Below are positions 14,082-27,399 of a stretch of DNA of 64,000 nt, one piece after another. Under the pieces are notes generated by a model, which did no database searches, was not told where the DNA came from, and saw nothing but the letters and a program-made list of their open reading frames with translations. This DNA is from Octopus sinensis. Its lineage: Eukaryota. The stretch is from NCBI RefSeq assembly GCF_006345805.1, contig NC_042997.1:40672001-40736000 (forward strand), given 5' to 3'. Each line of letters starts with the position of its first letter. Positions within the stretch are counted from its first letter, which is position 1. The position numbers were made by a program, and so were the translations under genes.

Positions 14082-15881
14082 AATATATATGCTGCACATA
14101 TTTGTGCATGCGTGTATTTATAAATATTTATTTATATATATATATATATAATATATATATATATATATACACACACGTTTATATATTCATTTTGCAAGAT
14201 TCTTGATATGAATTCGCGTGTTGAAACAGATATTGTTGTATTTGGGGGTGGTCATGTTGCCAGTTTGGCTAATGAAAATACAATATATAGTTAGTGATCA
14301 CTTGCTTCAGCTTTATTTTATATTAATTGTTTAAATCATTACGTGACCGTATGACTCCGACAGCCATGCCTACGGTATCAAACATCCCTGTTATAGGGCC
14401 ACTTATGTCATTAAGATATTCAAAAAGGGCAAATTTTTGTCAAGAGAAAAGAGGGGGGGGTGAGGGTGTTTTAAAAAATGTTAGTTTCATGTATATAGTA
14501 TATACAATAAGTTATATAATAATACAATCACATGAAATCTCCATTGGTTTTGAAAAAATTGATGTTTATAAAGTGAGATAAAAGAAGAGAAACTACTCTG
14601 AATACGACCGACCGCCACTTCAAGACACGAACTTCATTCGTAAACAGTAATAATGATTGATCAAAATAACCTTTGAACTGGTAGAGAAAATTGCTAACAA
14701 GCCGACTGTTGAGAATAAAAGAGTTAACGGCAACCTGTTGTTGCAGTTTCAAACTCCTGACGCCGACCACTTTGTTCGACGGAAGTTGGGGAAGATGGTC
14801 TTGAAACCATAGTCTATGAGTCACGTTACAGCATGCTAAATGCATATATATGTGTGTTTGTGTGTTCATGTGTGTGCGTGCGTGCGTGTGTGTTTGTTTG
14901 TTTGTTTGTCAATGTATGTATACATAAACTATAACGGTTTGTCTGATTGCAGTCTGAGATTCTATGTTTGGTCGAGTATTGCTGACGGTCCATAATACAG
15001 TGAAATCTCGTGATACAACAGTGCCATCTGTCGGTTCTGACAAAATATCATCAACCGATAACCGTGCTTTTTGTCATTATTCTTCCACAAGATATAGGTG
15101 TTATAAACCACACACATACAAGTTAGTTTGAATGTGTTAATACACACACACACACATACATACGTACATACATATATACATACATATATACATACATACA
15201 TGCATGCATCCATCCATCCATACATACATACATACATACATACATACATACATACATACATACATACGTACCTACGTACGTACGTACGTACATACACAGA
15301 TACGTTCAAAAACCTAGAAACACTTGGTCTCACGGAACAAGAGCGAAAGAAATCCAATCCATTAGTAGCACAGTGGATATTTGTAAGACATTCTACAAAT
15401 TCTCTATGTGAGAATAAATGCACGCACTTGTGTTCAATCAATACACTTTCTCAATTACATATTCACAGATACGGGGAACTCGCTTAACCCAAAACGCCAT
15501 GTTGCTTTGTTAGAACCGGCTTCAACTCTCTCAAAAACTTAAACTAAAAAGAAAATCATACATACATAGATACATTCATTCATTCATTCATTTATAAATT
15601 GTAATAGTGACGTAAAACCAAATAGTGATACTTTGAAATCATGTAATAGGGACGCTTGATAAGGAAGGGCATACGTAAATGATGCATTTCCTATTATATT
15701 TTACGCAGACAGGAAATGTGCGTATTAAATGATTTTAAAATATCACTGTTTGGTTGACTTCGTGGCTACACTTTCTACGACTTGATACCAGTACAAACTA
15801 GCCAGTCAACACTACATTCATGCGATTTGGAGTAGTTTGCTATGGCACAAGTCGAGAATTCGGGTATGGTGCACCACGAAA

Positions 15882-16275
15882 TCTTTATATATAAAAGAGA
15901 GGTTGTGTGCTGTCTGTCTCCTACGATTTAGATTCCTAACTACTCCCACATTTTGCGGTGCAGTTTAACCAAAACCGGGTATCTTATAGTCGTGATTCAT
16001 ATCGAGCCCTTCTGGGTATTAGCGCGCGTCTACGATGAGTCTACGATTAAAAAAAAATTACCATCAATTTTTCACATTTTTAATGCATTTTTGGCATATA
16101 TAAGGGAAGTAACTCTCTAACAATTTATTATTAAATCTCAGAACGTAAAAAGCTACAGTAACACCCCCCCTTTGTGGTTAGCCATATTGAGATGGCTCTT
16201 ATACTTTACATCTCTAAAAATGCTTATATAGTTATTTCCCTTACAAACCCGAGCAACGCCGGGCGATACTGCTAG
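15882..16275 (+). mobile_element. Non-autonomous Helitron
   Basis: 5' TC, 3' hairpin CCCGAGC-AAC-GCCGGG (16248-16263) shortly before the terminal CTAG, inserted between A and T; second copy at 26717. Confidence 0.8.
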
Positions 16276-16312
16276 TATATATATATGGACGCTATAATGT
16301 ATGTTATACTAT

Positions 16313-16547
16313 AAGAGGCGGTGAGCTGGCAGAAACGTTAGCGCGCTGGGCGAAATGCTTAGCAGTATTTCGTCTGCCGTTACGTTCTGAGTTCAAATTC
16401 CGCCGAGGTCGACTTTGCCTTTCATCCTTTCGGGGTCGATAAATAAAGTACCAGTTTTGCACTAGGGTCGATGTAATCGACTTAATCCCTTTGTCTGTCC
16501 TTGTTTGTCCCCTCTATGTTTAGCCCCTTGTGGGCAATAAAGAAATA
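16313..16547 (+). mobile_element. SINE family C, tail-1, full length with 20-bp target-site duplication
   Basis: TSD TATAATGTATGTTATACTAT (16293-16312) versus TGTAATGTATGTTATACTAT (16548-16567). Confidence 0.88.
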
Positions 16548-16979
16548 TGTAATGTATGTTATACTATGTGTGAGTGTGTGTGTGTGTGTCTGTGTGTGTG
16601 TCTGTGTGTGTCTGTGTGTGTGTTGGACTCTCCCGTTGAAGCCGACGTATTGGTGTTCAGCTTTTACCGTACGACCTGCGCTAGTGATTTATTTATAGTG
16701 ATCGAAAGTTCAAGCTGTATTTATTTCACTCTCTCCATCAAGTTGTCTGAACGGGAAAACTGTGTATCATGAGTCAGGTGTCAAAGTGATCGCATAGCAA
16801 CGCGAGATGAAGTGTTTTGCTCAAAAGTACAACGCACCATCTTGTCCAAGAATTGAAACCGCGATTACGGGATCGTGAGTGGAGCACCTTAACCAATAGG
16901 TCGGGCGCCCTCACATGTACATTAATGTGTGTGTGTATCTTAATCTCCATCTTAATGTGGAGGTTGTGTTAGAATACAT

Positions 16980-17185
16980 AATGCTGCTTTATTTACCTTG
17001 AAACAATCTCTCATAAGGACTCCCGGTTCGTAATATCACTCGTAATTATACCGCTGACAGACGAGAATCTGGCTGTTCCGTCGGCCGTAACTTACGGTTC
17101 TCGTCTGTCAACGAAATGGTCATAAGTGCTTTTATGTATCACGAGTCCTTATGAAAGATCGTCTCAAGGGGAATAACGCAGTATT
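16980..17185. mobile_element. MITE-like fold-back element
   Basis: About 43-bp imperfect terminal inverted repeats (...CATAAGGACTC / GAGTCCTTATG...) plus an internal TGACAGACGAGAA / TTCTCGTCTGTCA inverted pair. Confidence 0.6.
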
Positions 17186-17274
17186 CTGTGTTCTCATACA
17201 GCCTCGACTTTTAGAGATCAAGATTACATTTTTGTATTAAAACTGCTTCAGTCACTATTAATTGTGTGTGTGTA

Positions 17275-17572
<298 letters not shown>

Positions 17573-17722
17573 TAGCCGTATATATATACGTCTATCTATC
17601 TATACATATTTATATAAATACAATAATATAAATAACTGCACACATATACATATAAATAAACATACCCATCCATACATATATATGTGTGTCTGTGTGTGCG
17701 TTTACATATGAATATACATACA

Positions 17723-17772
<50 letters not shown>

Positions 17773-19205
17773 TATTTGTGTATGTATATGTACTTGTGAT
17801 CCGTAGGAGTTTAATGCAGTAAAATATATTAAGCTTTAATGTCATTGGATAATTATTGTGCCTACAAAGCATATCGTACATGTATATGCATGTCTGTATA
17901 TATATGCACATGTGTATACATACACACATATCGTCACCCTCTCCTAACTCCATACATAAATACTGACATAAATATATGCTTATATATACATGCATGTGAA
18001 TTTATGTGTGCGTGCACGCGCGTGTGTGTGTGTTCGTGTAACCGTGAATTTATTTATGCTAACGTTTGTATGTATATATGCATACCTTTCACAATCAAGC
18101 GTTAACTGTTAATCAATTTTTCGTTTAATTAATCGATTCATTTTCAATTACTGTTTCGTAAGATTTCTATCGGTTTAATTTTAATTTGCAAAAAGCCACG
18201 ATTGCTCTCTTTTAGCAGTGGTAACAAGTATGTTTTTTTTTAAATTAGTTTTTGTAGTGTTATTTTTTAATATTTGATGAATATTCTAAGATATTCATCG
18301 TTTATGTAAATGTGGTTTGGTGAATTATTACACAAACCATTTCTATGCTTGTAAAATGATATATCTATATAATATGTGAATATATATATATGCATGTGTT
18401 TGTGTGTGAGTCTATCTACAAAATATGCACAGTTTTAGTAAAGCGTCAGTGATCCTGATCCGTGGTTCCGTTACGATTTCTCCTCTGGACCCACTTCATA
18501 AGCATTTATGACTCCAGTTTACGAATCTCATTCTATCTGAAAATGAATGAACTCCATTAGCCTGATTTATCATGAAGGTACATCACGAAAAAAAAAAAAT
18601 AATGATAAAGATAAAGACAATATAAAACGCAAAAGATAACGCAACTTGATTTATCATTAAAATAATATGTGAATTGAAAAGGTGCTCTGGAGCTTCAACG
18701 ATGATAACAACAATAACAATACTGTATTATTACATGCATGTATACGTTGGTATGTGTATTTATGCATATATGCGAGCACGTAGTTCAAATGGTACGGCGT
18801 TTAATTGATGAAAATATACATAAGGAATATCAGTTTCGAATGTTGATACGAGGCCAGTGGAGTATGATGCATGATCAGTGGGGTAAGACACAAGGCCAGT
18901 GGTGTAAGACACAAGGTCAGCGGGGAAAGTCGATTACATTGACCCCAGTGCTCAGCTGGTACTTATTTATCAAACTCAAAAAGATGAAAGGCAAAGTCAA
19001 CCTCGGTGGAATAAATAAAGAATATCGATTTGCACTAAGTAACAAGATTGATTTTTTAAATTCGTTAGCTTAGTTAGTGGAGGAGGCGTCTGTAGCTATG
19101 ATGACCTTTGCGAGAACTTCCAATCAGGTGAGTTTGATGTAATTGAGGCAGAAAAACATGTGAGCGGAAAGAGAACTGATTCGAAGATCAGGTCCAAACG
19201 CTTAC

Positions 19206-19753
19206 GAATGAGTTATCTTTTCTAAAAGAAGATATCCTAGTATTAAACCCGAGCACGTATTCAAAGAGTGCGTCGAATAAAGGTCGATTCCAGAGAAAAT
19301 ATCGATGCTTTAATTTGGTGAATATATCATCAATGTCTCCAGCATTGCTCAGTGTGAAATAAGTTTTAGGCTGGTCAATTAAGCTCCAACCAAATGGATC
19401 TTCGTTTCCTGTAGATGTCATTAACATTATTAAGTTAAATGCAGCACCTGCTCAATCTTTTATTTCTACTTTTTAAGAAAAAGCTATTACTAAGACTTGC
19501 ACAACAAGATTCTACTTCTCTATAAATAGTTAAGCAAGACAACGTATATATTTCTTACCCACACAGACACACACATACACACGCACACATGCACACACAC
19601 ACACACACACACACACTCGCGCACACATCTATACATATTTATATAAATACAATAATATAAATAACTGCACACATATACATATAAATAAACATACCCATCC
19701 ATACATATATATGTGTGTCTGTGTGTGTGTATTTACATATGAATATACATACA

Positions 19754-19815
<62 letters not shown>

Positions 19816-21349
19816 TATTTGTGTATGTATATGTATGCATGTATTCACACATTTACATACACGCACAGATGTAATATACATAAACATACACAAATATATA
19901 CATGCATAAGAGTGATTATATCTGTCTGCCTCTGTGCGTCACAGACTGTATTTGTGTGTGGCATTGTATATTTGAATATGCGCATGACGCACATTTCCAG
20001 ATATCTCTGTATAAATGAGTAATTTGATTACAACCAACGCGGTGCTAACACAATCAGCCGTAGAAACCTACTTACAAAACACCAACAAAGTGGTTCTGTA
20101 CAAAACATCATCTGGTTGCTCTGATAATATCTAGATCCGGTAAACTTTTGGCTAACCTTGATCGTACAATTAATTGTCTATAGTATTCGTAAACTTTCAT
20201 ACAATATTATATAAATAAATGTTTGAGCAGCCTTTTAAAATACACTTCAATTCTATCTAGTTGAAATAACATACTTGCGCTTCTTATAAAACTTTCCAAA
20301 GTGGATATTGGTATTTTTGTAAGATCTTCAAATTCTTCCTAGTACTCAGTATATATAGGACAGTATATTTGATCGAAGATACTCTCGTTATAACTGCGAA
20401 TTTCTCACTTTTTAACGTTCGTTCAACAACATAAAAATCGGAGTAGACAGCCAGCCAGAAATGTCAAAATTATATCATACAACCTTAGAACATATGGCAT
20501 GTTAGATGATGAGGTTTTAAGTTCACTATGTCTAGAAAAACACGGCATAGCCACGTCTGGAATACCTTATATGAACCCAAACAACAAAAAACATCTAACA
20601 ATCTTCTAAAAATGTGTATTCGTATATGTGCACATGAGTATGTGCGTGTGTGTGTGTATGTGAATGTGTGTTATATTTCTGTGCGTACTGGAACACGCGA
20701 AAACAAATCTAATTATTTTATTCCTCTACGTACGTTTCAATGGTGTAACTTCTACAGTTTCGCTTCTTCAAATGGTAAACATATAACTCAAGATGTTCTA
20801 CTATGGAAACCTACGGAAACTGCAGAATTATATTAATTTATTGCTTTTCCATTGATATTCAATTGCTGTTTTCTATAGTTATTACACTTGTATCCTATAA
20901 TTATGTACATAGTAGTACAAATATAGTTTCTAGTTGTATGTAGATGGTTATATGATTTGAACTCAGAACATAAAGACAGACGAAATGCCGCCGAGCTTTT
21001 TGCCCGAAGTGCTTACAACTCTTATTTCTTTACTGCCCACAAGGGGCTAAACACAGAGGGGACAAACAAGGACAGACAAAGGGATTAAGTCGATTACATC
21101 GACCCCAGTGCGTAACAAGTACTTAATTTATCGACCCCGAAAGGATGAAAGGCAAAGTCGACCTCGGCGGAATTTGAACTCACAACGTAACGCAGACGAA
21201 ATACCGCTAAGCATTTCGCCCGGCGTGCTAACGGTTCTGCCAGCTCGCCGCCTTCAGTACCTATATATTGATTACTACATACAATATCTTTATATTAATA
21301 TATGTATAACTATATATAACATAGCTTTATAAACTTATATAATACTAAT

Positions 21350-21383
<34 letters not shown>

Positions 21384-21616
21384 ATACATATATGTGTGTG
21401 TGTGTGTGTGTGTGTGCGCGTGTGAATATGTATCTGGGTCGACATGTTTACTGGAACAGAATCAAGCCACTGAGAATAGAGAACTCAAACTTAGGAGTAT
21501 GTGTGTTAGCTTAGCCGTGAGTCCAATGTCCATAATTACCAAGATGTAGGTGTTGTTATAAACAACTAAAACTTGCAAGTTGACACACCACTGCTGCCGG
21601 TATCCAGAAAATAAAA
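19206..21616 (-). pseudogene. Putative nested antisense gene or pseudogene fragment: candidate exons 21616(or 21593)-21540, 20810-20734, 20393-20275, 19408-19206; product unknown
   Basis: Phase-compatible AG/GT chain with donors GTAATT, GTACGT, GTATGT, GTAAGC; one in-frame TAG at 20341-20339; no family recognised; acceptors chosen by hand. Confidence 0.3.
20955..21254 (-). mobile_element. SINE family C, tail-1 copy (21023-21254) nested in an older SINE head
   Basis: On the minus strand the AAAGAAATA tail is followed by AGAGTTGTAAGCAC..., a decayed copy of the SINE's AGAATCGTTAGCAC segment. Confidence 0.78.
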
Positions 21617-22152
21617 CTAGTTAAAATGTTTCAATGAAAATATAAGAGTTATTCTCCATATTTATTTACGTTCAATAAGTAAGCTAAATAAATCATAAAA
21701 CATTCCAAAATGTATTAATGATATTTAATTGCCTATCAGAATCGTTAGCACACCGGGCTTAATGCTTAGCGGCATTTCGTCCATTTTTACATTCTGAATT
21801 CAAATTCTGCATATGTCAACTTTGTCTTTCATCCCTTCGGGGTCGATAAAATAAGTACCTGTTGAAACCTAGGGTTCAATGTAACAAACTTACCCCTCCC
21901 CTAAGATTGCTGGCCTGTGCTAAAATTTGAAGTCAATATTTAACTAGCTATCATGTCCATCATGTAGCATTTCACGAGCTTTTTGTAATACATTTATGAC
22001 TTCTTGATAACTTAAATATGCATTTACTTAATATAACCAAATTTTACACAAAATAATCAAAATGTGATAGTTATTCAAATTGATGATACATGTATGTTAT
22101 GTTGACATTCTTTTATATTTTATTATTTCTTTTTTTTTTTATTATCTTCCAG

Positions 22153-22288
22153 TATTTCGAACGCTTGGCATTCCAACACGTTGTGTAACTAATTTTAAGT
22201 CGGCCCATGACAGTGATTACAGTGGTCCAGTGGACGCATATTGGTCGCCTGAAGGAAAACCGCGGAAACTGTACGACGATGCTATTTG
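22153..22288 (+). CDS. TGM: Transglutaminase exon (IFRTLGIPTRCVTNFKSAHDSD...YDDAIW)
   Basis: cttccag acceptor, gtaaga donor; phase 1-2; LGIPTRCVTNF-SAHD motif. Confidence 0.97.
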
Positions 22289-22561
22289 GTAAGAAACGAA
22301 CATCTTACTATATCTGTTGAATTTCTTTCTAAATAAATTGCTTCTAACTATGTATTCGATGGAATAAAATACATCGAATAATAAACACTGGCGTGGGATA
22401 ATTATTACATAGGTATGTGTTTATATAAAAAGAAGAGGGAGAGGTTAGGAAGGGAGAGGAAAGAGAGAATCAGGGAAGGGGAGGGAGAGGAGTAGAGAAA
22501 GAAGCCGGAGAGGTGAGAGATAAGAAACGATTTCAGTACATAATTGGTACTTTAATGATCA

Positions 22562-22795
22562 TAGGGCGGCGAGCTGGCAGAATCGTTAGCAGGCCGGGCG
22601 AAATGCTTAGCAGTATTTCGTCTGCCGCTACGTTGTGAGTTCAAATTCCGCCAAGGTCAACTTTGCCTTTCATCCTTTCGGGGTCGATTAAATAAGTACC
22701 AGTTACGCACTGGGGTCAATATAATCTACTTAATCCGTTTGTCTGTCCTTGTTTGTCCTTTCTGTGTTTAGCCCCTTGCGGGTAGTAAAGAAATA
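22562..22795 (+). mobile_element. SINE family C, tail-1, with 16-bp target-site duplication
   Basis: GGTACTTTAATGATCA (22546-22561) versus GGTACTTTAAGGATCA (22796-22811). Confidence 0.88.
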
Positions 22796-24020
22796 GGTAC
22801 TTTAAGGATCAACCCGTACATGAATGAAGGGCTAAGTCTGCCACAACGTAGGGTAAATTCAGAGACAAACTCATAGCAAACACCGCAAGCATTCTTTCGA
22901 CGCTGTAACTACTTGACCATATTGCTTCCATATATGCATCATTTCCATTATGGAACTACCTGGAAATTTCTCAACATGCATATATATAGTTAAGAAGTTG
23001 ATACATGAACGTGGGCATGCTATGAAATTAAGAAGTGCGCATGGTCGAAGGCATGGTTGTGTAATTAAGAAGTTCGTATTGGCGTAGGAAGTTTGCTTAA
23101 GAACAATATGGTTATGGAGTCAGTCCTACTGTACAGCAAATCGGGCAACCTGTCTTCTGACATAACTTTAAACAGTAGAATGAATTATAGACTGAAATCT
23201 ATTACCGAATACCTATGTGGAAGCTCGTTACAGATACAATTCCAGCTTTGAGATTATAGATTTAAGCTGTCATCCGGTTTAACATCACCACCGGGTCTTT
23301 TGGCACCTTTAGCAGTGTCTATTCTGTCGCAAACATTCAGGTCAGGTCCCTGATTTCATGATAACCTACTCCTTTATTTTCCTAAATCTCTGAGGCCCTG
23401 AAAGGCCATAAACACTGCTACTCCTCCTCTGATACAGTTGTAAACAACTGCTAAACCGCAAACTAGTTTCAGTTCTCAACTGACGTTAATTCATTTCATT
23501 CGTTTACACTCACGTAATCTCATTTTCCACAAATCTGCGGTTTAGCATTTAAGTAGAAAATCAATATTAGTTTTTCTTCTAGTTGAACTGGGATCTGTCA
23601 GTTTACGTGTGATTATTTTATCGCCCCCTGCCTACTAGAAATCAAATTAAAACAACGGTTTTATTAAAACGCTGTAGTTTTTAAGCATTGTTATGTGAAG
23701 CATTATAAAGTCTAAACCAATGTTTCAGTATTTACAACAAACATTCAAGCCTATATGATATAGTTTTGTCAAACTTTGAAATTTGCTAAATTTACCTCCT
23801 AATCTACACTAAGAAACCGTAATCTTCCTTGCTATCAGATAATTATTATAAGGGAGAAGTAGGGAAACAGCACTTGGAAGGATTACTTTTTACTAATTCC
23901 TGGCAAGTATTAACTTAAATAATCATCTTTAAAATATTTCATCTTTGCTTCTACCATTGTTTCTGCTATATTACTGATGCTATTTTTCTTTGATGTTCTG
24001 TTGGTGTTATGTTGTATAAG

Positions 24021-24063
<43 letters not shown>

Positions 24064-24090
24064 TAATAATAATAATAAATAAATAATAAA

Positions 24091-24604
24091 TGCCCTGATG
24101 CAGTACCAGGCAGTGGCTCTCCTGGCTTCTGATCTTAACTGATTGGAAGTGTTATAATGTACATTGTTTATAATGGTATGAAAGATGGGCTACAGCGAAT
24201 ATTCTGCTCAATACCACAGATTTGCTTGTCAGTTGTTTGACTTTAACCAGTTGAGCATGTCCCTTAGTGGCTGACGATATGTGCATCTCAGATCACGATC
24301 AGAAGTAATGACAAGAGCATCATAGCCAAGTATGGAGAGAAGTTCTTTGAGACTTGAATAATTCACCTCTGGAATCATGGGTTCATCATCCTTAAAACAA
24401 ACCTTATTCGGGGACCATTTCAGCAGAATGGGCTACTCGACCTGAAGAAAATTCTAACTGATATGAGATCACAATGTAGCACACACGTGGTTGTGATGCA
24501 CGTGCCTAGTGTACCCTTATCAGACAGGTAGTCATGATGGGTATACTAGACTTAGTATATTTGACCCCAGTGTCACTTTGATGGCATGCACTGCTCTCTC
24601 ACTC
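24091..24604. mobile_element. Unclassified interspersed element flanked on both sides by (TAA)n
   Basis: Higher-GC non-coding block bounded sharply by (TAA)n arrays; no ORF recognised. Confidence 0.45.
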
Positions 24605-26357
24605 AATAATAATAATAATAATAGTTTTGCCACAAGGGCGGCTATTTTGGGGAAGCGGGTATGTTGATTACATGGACCCCAGTGCTCAACTTGCACTTAA
24701 TTTAGCGACTTCCGAAAAGATGAAAGGCAAAGCCGACCTCGGTGGAATTTGAACTCAGAACGTAACGGCAGACGAAATACGGCTACGCATTTCGCCGCCC
24801 ACATCTGCTAGCTCACCAATAATAATAATCCTTTCTACTATAGGCACAAGGCCTGAAATTTGGGGATAGGGAACAAGTCGATTACATCTATCCTAGTGGT
24901 TCAACGGTAGGTCATTTATCGACCTCAAAGCGTAAACACGGACAAAATGTCGCTAAGTATTATATTTTGCCCGGCGTGCTAACGAGTCTGCCAGCTCGCT
25001 GCCTTAACACGATAATGATGATCATGATGATAATTTAGCCACAAGGCCAGTATATACATATGTTTCATTTTTAATTTACGTTGTGTTTTGCATAGATAGA
25101 TATTGTTTAATAAACTACAAGCCGCAAAAAGCACAATTATACAAATTGGGATATCAACTGATGTGCTAGCCAAATTTATGACTGTAATAAGCAACTGATC
25201 TATGCAATTAATTGGGAAAGGATGTGGAGTACATCTTTTCTGAGGAGTGATCAACAAATTGTGAAACGGTCGGTCAGGAAACTTTTTCCCACTTATGTCC
25301 TTACATCCATTTTTATTTAACCCAGAGTGGGGATTTATAATATTGAAATATTTTCATTTCTAATTAACTCTGTATTGTGAATCTACATCTGTGTTTCTGT
25401 CTGTGTGTTTGTGCGTGTAGAAACTGTCATATATATATGTACGTGTATGTGCGTGTGTGTGTGTGTGCGTGTGTGCGCGCGCGCACGTATGTGTGTGTGT
25501 GTGTGTGTTTATTCAGTTGGTTTTCTGTGGGTATTTCTGGGGACTTGGCCTCCGATTGATGCACACACTTATACATATACATATATGCCTACACACTCAC
25601 ACGCACACGCATGCACACACACACACACACATACATAATACATACATGCATACATGGTGTTATAATAGAGGACTATTCATCTTTTCGGGTAACGAATACC
25701 TTTTTTAAAAAATACATATTTTCTTTGGATAAATGCAAAGAAGCGCTTGTTTTGAGAAGAACGTAGCATTAATGAAATGGCGAAAAAAATTAAACTGGTA
25801 AATAACACATGGTTTACTAAAACACTATTACATACAGAAAACTTGAATCAGATTGAGTAGATGCTAGAAGTATATAAAACAAAAAACGGTTGACTTTTTA
25901 ATTGAATCAAGACTGGTCCCAATTCTGTAAAGGGTCTAGAAACAGTTAATCCACCGATTAGAGGAAGTTGCACAGAAACCGCGAGCCAAAATGGACCATC
26001 TACAAGGCAATTCAACCGGTAATTCACCATTCTCTCGTCATATACAAACGCATATATGGGTATATGTGTGTGTTTGTATGTATGTACGCAAGACGAGAGA
26101 ATGTGTGTGCGTGTGTGTGTGTGATTTTTTGGACTGATGGGTATGTGTCAGTTAGTGCGCTGAGTAAAGCATGTTCACAGTTTGGACTACCAGATGTTTT
26201 CTACGGTTGGGATATATTTCCGCTGGATCTACTTCAGGAATTCTGCAGTGTTAGTTGAAATATGAATAATCGATGGATGAAGATGGATTTGACATTAGTC
26301 TTTATTCAGTACACACATACATACACACATAAAAATGTATGTATGTATGTGTGAGTG

Positions 26358-26637
26358 TAGACGGAAACTGAATGAAGCCCGTCGTATATATGTATATGTA
26401 TATATAGGTGTATGTGTGTGTGTATTTGTGTGTCTGTGTTTGTCCCCCTAGCATTGCTTAACAACCGATGCTGGTGTGTTTATGTTCCCGTGACTTAGTG
26501 GTTCGGCAAAAAAGACCGATAGAATAAGTATTAGGCTTACAAATAATAAGTCCCGCGGTCGATTTGCTCGACTAAAGGCAGTGCTCCAGCATGGCCGCAG
26601 TCAAATGAATGAAACAAGTAAAAGAGTAAAAGAGAGT
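26358..26637 (+). mobile_element. 5'-truncated SINE family AB copy
   Basis: GTAGACGGAAACTGA...GACTAAAGGCAGTGCTCCAGCATGGCCGCAGTCAAATG matches 4552-4953. Confidence 0.8.
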
Positions 26638-26650
26638 ATATATGTATATT

Positions 26651-26687
<37 letters not shown>

Positions 26688-26716
26688 GCATATGCATACA
26701 TATTTTTTATATTATA

Positions 26717-27010
26717 CTAGCAGTATCGCCCGGCGTTGCTCGGGTTTGTAAGGGAAATAACTATATAAGCATTTTAGAGAGTTACTTCCCTTATATAACC
26801 CGAGCAAAAATCATTAAAAATGCGGAAAAATGATGGTAATTTTTTTTTAATCGTAGACACATCGTAGACGCTCGCTAATACCCAGAAGGGCTCGATATGA
26901 ATGACGACTATAAGATACCCGCTTTTGGTTAAACTGCACCGCAAAATGTGGGAGTAGTTAGGAATCTAAATCGTAGGAGACAGACACACAACTTGAATTT
27001 TATATATTAT
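26717..27010 (-). mobile_element. Non-autonomous Helitron, internally deleted copy of 15882-16275
   Basis: Reverse-complement CTAG and hairpin at the left end; body matches the 15.9-kb copy. Confidence 0.78.
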
Positions 27011-27059
27011 ATATATGCATGAATATGTGCAGATTAGTGTGTTTTGTTTTATGTATATC

Positions 27060-27300
27060 TTTTCATGCATATACATGAACACCTAAACATGCTTATATAT
27101 ACTTAAATGATAAACTTATGGAAAGTTTTATAGGTTTTTACAGTTCCAGTGATGGCTTGGATCTGCAGTCTTCGAATCAGCTTTCTCCTTTGTGGTTTAG
27201 AGAAGCCTAATTTCTCAAGATTGATATTTAGGCAGTCCGTTACATATCCTAGTGCCTCAATATTTACAGGTATAAATCTGAACTTGTAATCTGGATATTT
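27060..27300 (-). mobile_element. 3' fragment of an R4/Dong-like non-LTR element (RLE C-terminus)
   Basis: YPDYKFRFIPVNIEALGYV...LEKLGFS...LQIQAITGTVK*, homologous to the end of 3290-5843. Confidence 0.7.
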
Positions 27301-27399
27301 ATGTATGTATGTATGTATGTATGTATGTATGTATGTATGTATACAAATTTTGTTCCATACTGATTTCACTTGAATCGGTTATGAAAGGTTTTAATTCCT

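Noticed and set aside
14528-14869. 113-aa minus-strand ORF as a further exon of the nested antisense candidate
   Set aside because: No convincing donor, and no acceptor in a phase compatible with the chain; it begins in a microsatellite.
15300-15382. Plus-strand exon-like block (DTFKNLETLGLTEQERKKSNPLVAQWIF, GTAAGA donor)
   Set aside because: No polypyrimidine tract, 83 nt would frameshift the transglutaminase, and it has no family similarity.
25848-26258. Short protein-like ORFs in unique sequence on both strands
   Set aside because: No consistent splice chain or recognisable motif; indistinguishable from old TE debris.
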